Part shown: positions 29,893 through 40,239 of the stretch, piece after piece | Position numbering within the stretch: the first letter of the stretch is position 1 | Layout of the letters: every line of letters starts with the position of its first letter | DNA from: Candidatus Cloacimonadales bacterium | GTDB taxonomy: Bacteria; Cloacimonadota; Cloacimonadia; Cloacimonadales; JAFGVF01 | Assembly (NCBI GenBank): GCA_963662585.1 | Contig: OY759729.1 | Span: 2,656,001-2,720,000, forward strand | Direction: 5' to 3' | DNA: 64,000 nucleotides | Position numbers and translations under genes: made by a program | The notes under the pieces: generated by a model | Told to the model about the DNA's origin: nothing | What the model saw: only the letters and a program-made list of their open reading frames with translations | Databases searched by the model: none

Positions 29893-31543
29893 AAGCTTAG
29901 TAATTGCTTTTTTTTTACTCTTTGTTAAGGGAGTCTTAGCTGTAAGGATAGCTGAGACAGAATTTATTGGCAATAGTGCCTTATCAAATCAAGAAATATA
30001 CTCAGTCCTGAGTTATGAGAATGGTTCTGAATTTGATTTTCAATTAGCGAATAAATCTATTGAAAATATCTATAATTTATATCGTCAAAAAGGCTATAAT
30101 TTTATTAATATCGCTCCTTTAGAAGTTATACCCCTAAAGGCTGATCAGGTAAAAATTATTTTTACTATTCAAGAATCATCTCTAAACAAAATTGCTAAAA
30201 TTACTTTTTCAGGAAACTATGCAATCAAGGATTTAATCTTTTATGAATTGCTTGCTCAACAGGATTTCTCAACAAAAGATATTAACAAGATAAAGCAAAT
30301 TATTATAGATCAATACTCTTCAAGAGGTTACTTCTTCACGGAAGTGAGTATTGAATCGATTAAGGAAAGTGAATCTGGAGCAGAATTAAATTTTCAAATT
30401 ATAGAGAATAGACCTTTTAATCATAAATATTTTAAATTTAAAGGTAATAAAGTAAGCAAGGATTACTCCTTGATTAAGATTTCCCGTCTAAGCCGTAAAT
30501 CTCAGCTTACCCCTAATGCTCTTTCTCAAAGTAGAGATAGACTGCTTGCTAAGTCTTACATTACTGAATGCTCTATTAATCCTCTTGATTATGAAACTCT
30601 GCTAATTGATATCAAAGAAGGAAAGATGACTAGCATCTCAGGTATTATGGGATATAATAGTAAAAATGATGATTATCCTTTTAGTGGTTTTCTTGATTTC
30701 TCTTTTAATAATCTCTTTGGAAGTGATAGAGTGCTAGGATTTAAATGGAATAAACTTCAGAAAGATAGAACTGATATTGAACTTACTTATCACGAAACTG
30801 GTTTAAAAGATTATTATTTCTCCTCTGATTTTGATGTTAAAAGAACTGAATATGATACTTTAGCTACCCTTTCAGAGCTTGGCTTATCTCTTAACTATGA
30901 TTTTCTTAATCAAGATATTGGTATCTATACCAAATATAGTCATTATGATGTTATTGCCTCTTCTAGTGAAGAAAATCCTGAAAAAATTACTTCAGTTGGA
31001 GTCTTTTGGCAACAAAACTACTTTGATCATCTCTATAATCCTAAAAAAGGTTATCAAGCAAGATTTGCAATAGACTATAATATGAGCTCAATCGATGATT
31101 CAAATTATAATATTAGCCGTGCATCTTTTGCCTATGCTTACTCTGTTAACAATAAATTCGTAATTTTTAATAGATTAAACACCAATTATTCCACAAAGAA
31201 GAATTTATCCAATTATAATAACTTCAAGTTAGGAGGGTTTTCTTCTTTACGAGGTTTTCAAGAGGAACAGTTCTCAGGATATATGACTGCTTGGAGTAAT
31301 CTAGAATTACGCTATTTGTTTGGTCTGAATAATAACTTATTCCTTTTTACTGATGCTGGTTATCTTGAAACAATGAGTTCTACTCTTGTCACTAAGCAAG
31401 GTCATCTATATTCAGCAGGACTAGGCCTTAGGATTGCTACTAGAGTTGGCAATCTTACCTTTGAATATGGTGTAGGCTATAATAATGGCTGGAATTCTCT
31501 CTATGATGGTTTAATCCATTTTGGTGTGGAAACAAGTTTCTAA
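29885..31543 (+). CDS. BamA/TamA (Omp85) family outer-membrane protein
   Basis: Signal peptide, POTRA-like FxGN repeats, LGGFSSLRGF lid motif, terminal Phe. Confidence 0.85.
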   Translation: MNRSLVIAFFLLFVKGVLAVRIAETEFIGNSALSNQEIYSVLSYENGSEFDFQLANKSIENIYNLYRQKGYNFINIAPLEVIPLKADQVKIIFTIQESSLNKIAKITFSGNYAIKDLIFYELLAQQDFSTKDINKIKQIIIDQYSSRGYFFTEVSIESIKESESGAELNFQIIENRPFNHKYFKFKGNKVSKDYSLIKISRLSRKSQLTPNALSQSRDRLLAKSYITECSINPLDYETLLIDIKEGKMTSISGIMGYNSKNDDYPFSGFLDFSFNNLFGSDRVLGFKWNKLQKDRTDIELTYHETGLKDYYFSSDFDVKRTEYDTLATLSELGLSLNYDFLNQDIGIYTKYSHYDVIASSSEENPEKITSVGVFWQQNYFDHLYNPKKGYQARFAIDYNMSSIDDSNYNISRASFAYAYSVNNKFVIFNRLNTNYSTKKNLSNYNNFKLGGFSSLRGFQEEQFSGYMTAWSNLELRYLFGLNNNLFLFTDAGYLETMSSTLVTKQGHLYSAGLGLRIATRVGNLTFEYGVGYNNGWNSLYDGLIHFGVETSF

Positions 31544-31914
31544 TATTCATTATATTAGTGATTTACCCTTACTTATCCCTTGCTCTTCCTTTGCTCCTTT
31601 ATACTCTTCACAAATGATATTCGCTTCTTCTTCGATTTAAGTATAAAGATGCAAGAGAAGAGGATTAAGTAAGAGGAGAATAAACCATAGACAGGAATAA
31701 TTATTGTCCAAACTAGGGCAAATTCCAAAGGCATTTGATATTTTTAACCTAATAGAAAAAAATATCTTACAAAATTGAAATTATTGCATTTTTGGAATAA
31801 AAGTTACATATTAAATAAATATTACATGACGCCCAGTTTAACTGACCACTAATAGCCACTTAAGCTGATATTTAAACTAAGAACATATACAGACTAAATG
31901 AATAGAGGTAATGT

Positions 31915-34900
31915 ATGACTCAGAAAAAAAACTTTTTTCGTGTAGTGATCGGACTATTAATAATGCTAACACCCGTTTTAGCATTTGGACAATTTAGAGT
32001 TGAGAACGAAACCCGTTCAAACTTAAACATTTTATTTGAAAACCCTGATTATGAAATCAAACAAGAGATGATTGGAGCAGCTGAATATGACTATATCAGC
32101 ACTCAAGTTCAAACTGTAACAGTTGAAGTTGGAGCTCCTGAACTTCCTTTTTACTCTTCTACAATTGAAATTCCTAATACTGGGAAACCAACTATCAACA
32201 TTCGCATAATCGAATCTGAAATTATTAAAGATGTTAATATTAAACCTTTTAGAGAAAACGAACTTCAATCATTAACTTTTGATAACACTCTTTATACTAA
32301 AAATGTATTTTATCCCACAACTATAGCACAAATTGGGGAACCTGCAATCTTAAGAAATAAAAGATTGGTTAATTTTATAGTGAATCCATTTAGATATAAT
32401 GATTCTACTAATTCTTTAGAGGTTATTAAAAAAGCTGAGATTGAAATTACTTTCGAAAATGAACCTTCTGTAAATGAAATTACCAGATCCTTTATGAAAG
32501 CAGATGTTAATTTTGAGAATTTCTTCTCATCAGTATTATTAAATTATAAAGAACCTACTAGTAGAGATGATTACCAAAATCCTACTATTCTCTATATCTA
32601 TCCTGCAGCTTTAGCTAATAATCCTGTTATGGAAAATCTTTTTAATTGGAGAAGAGAACAAGGTTGGACTGTTTATACTGCTAGTACTACTTTAACAGGA
32701 ACATCAACTACTTCTATCAAAGCATATATACAAGATGCTTATGATACTTGGGAAAATGCCCCTACCTATGTTACTTTAATTGGAGACGGTTCAGGTTCAT
32801 TCTCTCTTCCTGTTTATCAATTATCTAGCTCTTATACTCCAGGTGGAGACCACTGGTACACTCTATTAGAAGGAAATGATGAGTTGGAAGATATTTTTAT
32901 AGGTAGAATTTCTATTGATGACATGATTGATCTTTCAACAATAGTAACAAAAACAATAAAATATGAAAAAGCTTCAGTTATTCCTGATTCTACCTATTAT
33001 ACTAGAGCACTTTTAGTTGGAGATACATCTCCTTCAGGTCAATCTACAATTATCACAAATCTATATGTTAAAGAGATAATGAATGATTATAATGATGATT
33101 ATACTTTTATCGAACATTATGGCGACTCACCTGCACCTTCTCAAGTTTCGAGTGGTATGAACGCTGGTGTAGGTTTTTGGAACTATCGTGGTTGGATTGG
33201 TATGGATGGCTGGGGAACTGGTCAAGCTGCTGCTTTAACTAATGTTAATAAATTAACTGTCTGCGTTATTTTAACTTGTTCAACAGGAACATTCTACTCA
33301 GGTGAATCTGTTACTGAAGCAGTTGTTCGTTCAGGTTCAGCTTCATCGCCTACAGGTGGTGTTTGCTCAATTGGATTAGCTACATCAGGTACTCACACAA
33401 CTTTCAATAACTGCCTTAATGGTGGTATCATGGGTTATCTTTTCCAAGAAGATGGCTGGACTATGGGTGCTGCTAATAATCGCGGTAAATTCCATCTTTG
33501 GGAAGCTTATGGGATTTCTAAGCCTGAAAGAGTTCAATTCTTTAGCACAATCTGTAATTTAATTGGTGACTCTGCTTTAAGAGTATATAAAGAACAACCA
33601 AAATCATTTGATACTGAATATATCGAAAATATTGCTGCTGGTACTAATCAATATAAAGTTTCTACTACACTTGATGGACTTGCTTTCTCTCATGTATGGG
33701 CTACTTTAAAAATTGGTGAAGATTATTATACTGGTTACACTAACTCTTATGGTGAAATATTCTTTAATATTGCTGAAGATTCAACTGGTGATGGAACTTT
33801 AACCCTTACTAAAGAAGGATATCAACCACAACAATATGATGTCAATTTTGGTTTAGAAGCACCTGTTTTAAATGCAACAGCTATTACCCTCTATAATGAA
33901 GGTACTGAAGTTGAATTTGTATCTCCTGGAAAGTCTTATGCTCTTAAGGTTGAAGCAACTAATAATGGTAGTGCTGATGTTACTAACATTAGTGCTTCTA
34001 TCACAGCTTCTACAAATGGTGTAATTGTTACTGAAGGAAATGCAAGTTATGGAAATATCGTGCAATCTGCAAGTGTAGAAAATACTGATAACTTTGAGTT
34101 CTCTGTTGAAAATAGAGCTTATGAAAGTGATATTGCTATGAACATAGTTTTATCTAATTCTTCTTATAGTTGGGAAAGACAAATAATCTTACCTGTTCAT
34201 AGTCCTATTATCCAGGTTTCTGAATATGATTTAGCTAATACTGGTTTTGGTCCTGGTGAAACTTCCGTAATTAGTGTGGACCTAATGAATAATGGTGATG
34301 GAGCTTTAGTAATGGCTGATGCTACACTTTCTACAACAGATAATAGAGTCACAATTAATTCTGCTGACGCTTTACTTGGTTCACTTGTTAGTGGAGCAAC
34401 TGGTACAGTAAGTTTTAATATTACTGCTTCAAATGATTTATTACCTGGTGATTTAGTTCCTATGATTGTTACTATTGATGATGATGGTTTTGAAACCGAA
34501 AGTTATTTCAGTCTTCAAGTAGGTGTTGCTTCTGTAACAGATCCTCTTGGTCCTGATGCTTACGGATATTATATCTTTGATTCTTATGATACAGAATATG
34601 CTGAATGTCCTGTATATGATTGGGTAGAACTTGACCCATCTGAAGGTGGAGTCGGAACTATTATTCCATTGCCTGATAATGGCGATAATCAAGAGAAAGT
34701 TGCGACAATAGATTTACCATTTACTTTCAGATTCTATGATGTAGATTATGACCAAATCTCAATATGTTCTAATGGTTGGTTAGCTATGGGTGAAACTGAA
34801 CAAGCAACCTTTAGAAACTGGAGATTACCTGGCCCACTAGGTGCTTCACCAATGATTGCTCCTTTCTGGGATGACCTTTTAACAGGTTCAACAGGACAAG

Positions 34901-36090
34901 TTTTTGTAGCTCATGACCAAGCTGAAAACTACTTTGTAATTACTTGGAATGAATGGAGAAATCATTATAGTACTAGTTATGAAGAGACTTTCCAAGTCAT
35001 TCTTTATGACCCTGAATATTATGCTTCTTCAACTGGTGATGCTCCTATTAAAATTCAATATAAAGTTGTTAATAATGTTGATAATGCCAGTGGTAACAGT
35101 CATGGTGAATATTCTACTGTTGGTATAGAAGACCATACAGGAACTGTTGGTTTAGAATATACTTATAATAACAGTTATCCTCAGGCGGCAAGACCACTTG
35201 AAAATGAAATGGCTTTATTCATTACAACTAAAATTGGACAATTACCTCCATTTGTAATGACTCAACCAAATGATGTTACTTTTGAAGAAGATTATTCAGA
35301 TAATACAATAGATTTATATAGTATCTTCAAAGATCCTAATAACGATGTCTTAGAATTTAGCTTCTCAGAAAGTGATAATTTGAATTTAGAATTTGATGAA
35401 AATGGTTATTTGGTCATTACTCCTAACCAAAACTGGAATGGAACAGAAACTGTTACTATCTATGCAGAAGATGGTGTTACTGATTTTGTAGTATCGGTGT
35501 CATTCTTAGTTACAGTAACTCCTGTTAATGACAGACCTTCACTTCAATCTAAATTCCCTGTAGATACTAACTTTGATTCAAATACAAATATACTCACCTT
35601 TAGCGTTGTTGTAAATGATGTTGATAGTGAATTAGCTTATGAATGGAAGATTGATAATGAAATAGTAGAAGGTGAAGTTTCAGATACACTTAATTTCGTA
35701 TTTGATAGTGTTGGAGAATATACAGTAAAATGTTATGCTTCAGATTCAGATTTCACTGTTATTGCTACTTGGAATGTTAATATTGCAGTATCTAATGATA
35801 TTAATGTAGTTGCTGTAAATAACCTTTCTCAAAATAATCCTAACCCATTCAATCCTACTACTAATATTAATTTCTCATTGAGTAAAAATAGTAATGTTTC
35901 TATTATTGTTTATAATGTCAAAGGACAAAAAGTTAAAACTTTAGTCTCTGATAGATATACTCAAGGAAGTCATAATGTAGTTTGGAATGGTTTAGATGAT
36001 AACAATCAACCTGTAGCCTCAGGCGTTTATTTCTATAGAATGGTATCTGATGAATTCCATAGTACTAAAAAAGCTATAATGATGAAGTAA
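31915..36090 (+). CDS. Peptidase C25 (gingipain-like) protein with propeptide, Ig-like domains and FlgD-Ig C-terminal domain
   Basis: GAPELP propeptide, IKAYIQDAY...YVTLIGD, DIFIGRIS, KTIKYEK, LTCSTG, NLIGD, NNPNPFNP tail. Confidence 0.88.
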   Translation: MTQKKNFFRVVIGLLIMLTPVLAFGQFRVENETRSNLNILFENPDYEIKQEMIGAAEYDYISTQVQTVTVEVGAPELPFYSSTIEIPNTGKPTINIRIIESEIIKDVNIKPFRENELQSLTFDNTLYTKNVFYPTTIAQIGEPAILRNKRLVNFIVNPFRYNDSTNSLEVIKKAEIEITFENEPSVNEITRSFMKADVNFENFFSSVLLNYKEPTSRDDYQNPTILYIYPAALANNPVMENLFNWRREQGWTVYTASTTLTGTSTTSIKAYIQDAYDTWENAPTYVTLIGDGSGSFSLPVYQLSSSYTPGGDHWYTLLEGNDELEDIFIGRISIDDMIDLSTIVTKTIKYEKASVIPDSTYYTRALLVGDTSPSGQSTIITNLYVKEIMNDYNDDYTFIEHYGDSPAPSQVSSGMNAGVGFWNYRGWIGMDGWGTGQAAALTNVNKLTVCVILTCSTGTFYSGESVTEAVVRSGSASSPTGGVCSIGLATSGTHTTFNNCLNGGIMGYLFQEDGWTMGAANNRGKFHLWEAYGISKPERVQFFSTICNLIGDSALRVYKEQPKSFDTEYIENIAAGTNQYKVSTTLDGLAFSHVWATLKIGEDYYTGYTNSYGEIFFNIAEDSTGDGTLTLTKEGYQPQQYDVNFGLEAPVLNATAITLYNEGTEVEFVSPGKSYALKVEATNNGSADVTNISASITASTNGVIVTEGNASYGNIVQSASVENTDNFEFSVENRAYESDIAMNIVLSNSSYSWERQIILPVHSPIIQVSEYDLANTGFGPGETSVISVDLMNNGDGALVMADATLSTTDNRVTINSADALLGSLVSGATGTVSFNITASNDLLPGDLVPMIVTIDDDGFETESYFSLQVGVASVTDPLGPDAYGYYIFDSYDTEYAECPVYDWVELDPSEGGVGTIIPLPDNGDNQEKVATIDLPFTFRFYDVDYDQISICSNGWLAMGETEQATFRNWRLPGPLGASPMIAPFWDDLLTGSTGQVFVAHDQAENYFVITWNEWRNHYSTSYEETFQVILYDPEYYASSTGDAPIKIQYKVVNNVDNASGNSHGEYSTVGIEDHTGTVGLEYTYNNSYPQAARPLENEMALFITTKIGQLPPFVMTQPNDVTFEEDYSDNTIDLYSIFKDPNNDVLEFSFSESDNLNLEFDENGYLVITPNQNWNGTETVTIYAEDGVTDFVVSVSFLVTVTPVNDRPSLQSKFPVDTNFDSNTNILTFSVVVNDVDSELAYEWKIDNEIVEGEVSDTLNFVFDSVGEYTVKCYASDSDFTVIATWNVNIAVSNDINVVAVNNLSQNNPNPFNPTTNINFSLSKNSNVSIIVYNVKGQKVKTLVSDRYTQGSHNVVWNGLDDNNQPVASGVYFYRMVSDEFHSTKKAIMMK

Positions 36091-36127
36091 AATTATTAGC
36101 CAAATTTGGTGAAATAAATAGAAATAT

Positions 36128-36156
36128 AAAAGCCCCCTTGATTCAAGGGGGCTTTT
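36128..36156 (+). terminator. Intrinsic terminator of the C25 gene; target site of the group II intron
   Basis: AAAAGCCCCCTTGA-t-TCAAGGGGGCTTTT. Confidence 0.92.
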
Positions 36157-36157
36157 C

Positions 36158-38269
36158 GTTTGCCCAGAATGTTATCTGAGCCGATGGACTGAAAGAAGTC
36201 CTGACACCCAACTGACAGGAAGTCAATCTGAGGTCAAGGGCGTTGCTGGCAACGGCAGGGTCTGAAGTAAGACGCAGGAAGAATGTGGAACATAGCGAAA
36301 GTAAACTGATTTTGGTTCATGTAGTGGGTAACTCTTCGAAAAGTGAGAACGCCCAAAAGTCAGTCGATTACATGGATTACAACAGATGGATTTACATTCA
36401 GGCAGGATAGCTTAACTGGGGAAGCCTGTTAATGTCTCTAATAGAGTAACTATGACTACAAGCTGAAAGGCAAGAGTTGTATTAAGCATAAGCAGGTGGC
36501 AGATGATTCCGTAGTAGTGACTAACCCTTTGCCTATGAAAGCTGGTGACAGACTGGAGGATAAAACAGAGGGGACAATATTCTTAGTAATATTGGGGGAT
36601 ATTTTTCAAAAGGAAATATCTCATGTGAAGGGATGAAGATAAACCAAAGAATAAACATAATTAAAGAGATATTTTCTTAAAAGTAGGAAACGAAGAGAAT
36701 CGAAAGATTCAAGGCTCGGATAGACGGTGGTGAGTACCTTCTTTCTATCATGACCTTACGAGACTGAGTAGATGAAGTTAAAAAAAGGATAATAGTCAAA
36801 ACCTATAAAATCTTTGATAGATTGCTTTATGCTAAAAAACTTCGAAGGTCTTCATTGAATTAACTGTCATTTGAAAGTATAATTTAAACATTGTTTATTG
36901 TGAAAAAGGAGAAACTAAATGAAAAAGTGGTACAGTTTAATTGATAAAGTTTACTCAAAAGGTAATCTCTATGAATCTTTCCTAAAGGTAAAGAAAAATA
37001 GAGGTGCAGAAGGTATAGATAATATTACTATATCTAAGTTTGGTGAGACTCTACAAGAGAACTTAGAGCAGATTCATTTAGAATTGAAAAGTGGGAAGTA
37101 TATCCTATCACCTGTGAAACGGGTAGAGATACCTAAAGGAAATGGTAAGATGAGGCCATTAGGAATACCTACTGTAAAAGATAGAATCGTACAGCAGGCA
37201 ATAAATAACATCATCCAACCAATTTTTGAACCTGATTTTCATCCACAAAGCTATGGCTACCGTCCCAACAAAAGTTGTCAAAAGGCAGTGGCTAAAGCAC
37301 ATATATTAATGGTTCAGGAAGAGCTTCCTTTTGTAGTGGATATGGATTTATCAAAATGTTTTGATACATTAAATCATAAATTCATAATGCAATCATTAAA
37401 TAGGAAAATAAGTGACGGAACATTATTAAAGTTGATAGAGAAAATCTTAAAGTCTGGTGTTATGCAAGAAGGGAAGTATAGCGAAACTGAAGTAGGAAGT
37501 CCACAAGGAGGGGTAATCTCTCCACTTCTTATGAACATATATCTTGATAGTTTTGACCAAGAAATGAAAAGTCGAGGAATCGAGATAGTACGCTATGCTG
37601 ATGACATTTTACTTTTTGCTAAGACTAAGAAAAAAGCAGAACAATATCAACGAATTGCGGTAGAATATCTAAACTCAATTTATCTCATCGTAAATGAAGA
37701 AAAGACACATATTGCGAGTGTATTTAAAGGAGTCAAGTATCTTGGCTTCGAAATACATGAATCATATGTAAAGATAGAGGATAAAAGAGTAAAAGCGTTC
37801 AAAGATAAGATTCGGTCACTGACTCCACGGAATAGCGGAATTAATGTCCAGACAATGATTAAAAGACTTAATCCGATATTGAGAGGTTGGTCGAATTACT
37901 TTAGGGTGGCAAATTGCAAAGGAGTCTTTCAGTCTCTATTATCATGGATAAGGCGGCGACTAAGAATGAAGAAAATGCGGGAATGGAAAAGTTGGAAAGC
38001 TTTTCACCAACAACTTAGAAGAGTTGGGCATAAAAGTGATTTTCCGAAAATATCTATGACACATTGGAAGAATTCTGGTTGTTATCATATTCATAGAGCT
38101 TTACCTAATGAATGGTTTGAGCAATTAGGGCTATATGACTTACTATCGAAACCTACAAGTGTTTTATTTAATTATTATGAATAATTACAAGGTTTATCAG
38201 GAGCCGTGTACGAGTCCCGTACGCACGGTTCTGTGAGAGGGATGGTGCTAACGCACCACCCTACTCGAT
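36158..38269 (+). mobile_element. Group II intron, class IIC, apparently complete (2112 nt)
   Basis: 5' GTTTGCCCAGAATG right after a terminator; IIC-type DI segment CAAGGGCGTTGCTGGCAACGGCAGGGTCTGAAG; short DV CAGGAGCCGTGTACG...CGTACGCACGGTTCTG (38198-38233); DVI ending CCTACTCGAT. Confidence 0.92.
36919..38184 (+). CDS. ltrA: Group II intron reverse transcriptase/maturase, no endonuclease domain
   Basis: GAEGID, RPLGIPTVKDRIVQQA, PQGGVISP, RYADD, LNPILRGWSNYF. Confidence 0.96.
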   Translation: MKKWYSLIDKVYSKGNLYESFLKVKKNRGAEGIDNITISKFGETLQENLEQIHLELKSGKYILSPVKRVEIPKGNGKMRPLGIPTVKDRIVQQAINNIIQPIFEPDFHPQSYGYRPNKSCQKAVAKAHILMVQEELPFVVDMDLSKCFDTLNHKFIMQSLNRKISDGTLLKLIEKILKSGVMQEGKYSETEVGSPQGGVISPLLMNIYLDSFDQEMKSRGIEIVRYADDILLFAKTKKKAEQYQRIAVEYLNSIYLIVNEEKTHIASVFKGVKYLGFEIHESYVKIEDKRVKAFKDKIRSLTPRNSGINVQTMIKRLNPILRGWSNYFRVANCKGVFQSLLSWIRRRLRMKKMREWKSWKAFHQQLRRVGHKSDFPKISMTHWKNSGCYHIHRALPNEWFEQLGLYDLLSKPTSVLFNYYE

Positions 38270-38694
38270 TAGGAGATCATACAATGAGATTTAAACCCAA
38301 TAATGCAGTAGATCTTTTAGAATAGCACTATATTCATTTGCTAAAGCATTTTACATAATTTCTCAGAGTATATATATTATCGACTGATAAATTCTGTATA
38401 ACCTTTATCTAAAAGAATCTGCACTCTTCTGTAAAGCTCTACTGCACCATTCTGGTTAAATACCAAGAATTCTTTTATCCCTATCAGCATTTTCATATTT
38501 ATCAAAAATTGGTATATTCTCTTTAAGAGAAATAGGTGTAATAGTAGGTTTTTTTGTCTATGTTATTGATTATACTAGCACCATCATTAACTGTCCTTTG
38601 CTTGACCCTGACTGTTTAAATAATTTTCTTTCGGAGAATAATCAAAATAATTTCTGGACAAGTTTTTCCAAGTAAAATAAATTTGTAGGAAGAG

Positions 38695-39348
38695 GTGAAA
38701 ATGACTTTTGATCAAATATATAAAATACTAGAAGCTCGATTTAAAGAGTTTCCAACACCCGTTGTCGATTTCATAGAAGTTCAGACAAAAGACCCATTTA
38801 AGATTCTTGTAGCGACTATATTGAGTGCTAGAACTAAAGATAGCACCACTACGAAAGTCGTTGAAGAACTATTTAAAGTAGTTTCTAAAGCTGAAGATTT
38901 TAATAATTTATCCATTCCTCAATTAGAAAAATTACTCTACCCTGTAGGTTTCTATAAACATAAAGCTGAATACTTAAAAGCTCTTCCAAAAGTCTTAGAA
39001 GAAGAGTTTAATAATAAAATTCCAGAAGAAATTGATGAACTTATTAAATTACCTGGAGTAGGTAGAAAAACTGCCAATTTAGTTAGAGCTATAGCCTTTA
39101 AAAAACCTGCTGTCTGTGTTGATGTCCATGTTCATAGAATTTTTAACAGATTAGGAATGGTAAGAACTAAAACTCCTCTAGAGACAGAAATGACACTAAG
39201 AAAAGAACTTCCTGTTAAATACTGGATACACTTTAACTCCTATTTTGTTGCCTTTGGACAGAATCTCTGCACTCCAAGAAAACCAATGTGTAGTGAATGC
39301 CCTATTTATGATGGATGCAGAAGAATAGGGGTAAAAGAATCAAAATAA
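38695..39348 (+). CDS. nth: Endonuclease III
   Basis: LVATILSA, HhH LPGVGRKTA, VDVHVHR, 4Fe-4S motif C-x6-C-x2-C-x5-C; alternative start ATG 38701. Confidence 0.93.
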   Translation: MKMTFDQIYKILEARFKEFPTPVVDFIEVQTKDPFKILVATILSARTKDSTTTKVVEELFKVVSKAEDFNNLSIPQLEKLLYPVGFYKHKAEYLKALPKVLEEEFNNKIPEEIDELIKLPGVGRKTANLVRAIAFKKPAVCVDVHVHRIFNRLGMVRTKTPLETEMTLRKELPVKYWIHFNSYFVAFGQNLCTPRKPMCSECPIYDGCRRIGVKESK

Positions 39349-39360
39349 TTGAAGGAATTA

Positions 39361-39843
39361 AGTTGGAGACCGGAGTTCCTCGGCCGTAGGCAAGGGACTT
39401 CGGACGAAAGAAAGTTGTCGGAAGTCGCTACTCCGTGAGCAACTCCCGTCATAAATAGTTGGAGACCGGAGTTCCTCGGCCGTAGGCAAGGGACTTCGGA
39501 CGAAAGAAAGTTAGTTGTCAAAAGTCTCTTCTGCGTGAGTGAGTGAGCAACTCTCGGACGAAAGAAAGTTAGTTGTCAAAAGTCTCTTCTGCGTGAGTGA
39601 GTGAGCAACTCCCGTCATAAATAGTTGGAGACCGGAATTCCTTAGCCGTAGGCAAGGGACTTCGGACGAAAGAAAGTTAGTTTTCAAATCCCGGAGGGAT
39701 GGCATATAATAGGGAGTGTTCGCCAGACACTCCTAGAGTATCTCCCCATGGTGCTTGGACGCGTTAGCGGACAAGGGAAATGTAGATAATTGCAAAAAAT
39801 CGGACTAACTATTTTTTTGAGGGCGTATTGCCATACGCCCTAC
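39361..39843. repeat. Composite repeat block: 56-bp unit A x3, 41-bp unit B x2, plus two other palindromic units
   Basis: A at 39361-39416, 39457-39512, 39623-39678; B at 39513-39553, 39571-39611; 49-bp unit 39687-39735; GTAGGGCGTATGGCAATACGCCCT on minus strand 39820-39843. Confidence 0.88.
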
Positions 39844-39852
39844 TGAAGAAAT

Positions 39853-40239
39853 TTACTTGGAAGCAAAATCCTTAACTTTATAACTGTATATAAGATTTGT
39901 TACAGGTAAATCAGCAATATTATCCAGCATCTTTTTCTTATTTAACTTATTGATAATTTCACTAACAAAATAATCTAAGTCATTTAAATAAGGAAATTCT
40001 TCTTTGTGGCAACTAGGCATGTCATATTTAGCAAGAAGTACATCATGCTCAGATTCTAAATGAGCTTCTAACTTTGCCACATGATATTCAATCTCAATTT
40101 TTATATTATTTATGGTTAATATATTATTGTCAAATTTCATTACAAATGCATAAGTATTGTTCTTAGTAATCACATCACATACTCTAGGTAAAAACCTTTT
40201 AAATAGCTCTATTTTGAATTGATTCTCTAAGGAATTCAT
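39853..40239 (-). CDS. Hypothetical protein, 128 aa
   Basis: AGGGAG RBS; no recognisable motif. Confidence 0.6.
   Translation of the reverse strand: MNSLENQFKIELFKRFLPRVCDVITKNNTYAFVMKFDNNILTINNIKIEIEYHVAKLEAHLESEHDVLLAKYDMPSCHKEEFPYLNDLDYFVSEIINKLNKKKMLDNIADLPVTNLIYSYKVKDFASK

Noticed and set aside
36919..38184. Retron, DGR or defence-associated RT
   Set aside because: Flanked by clear group II intron domains I-VI, has a maturase domain, and no template/variable repeat pair or accessory gene is seen
39361..39678. CRISPR array
   Set aside because: Units are 41-56 bp, intervening sequences are themselves repeated, spacing is irregular, and no cas genes are present
39306..39705. Minus-strand ORFs of 71 and 64 aa
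   Set aside because: Translations of the repeat block
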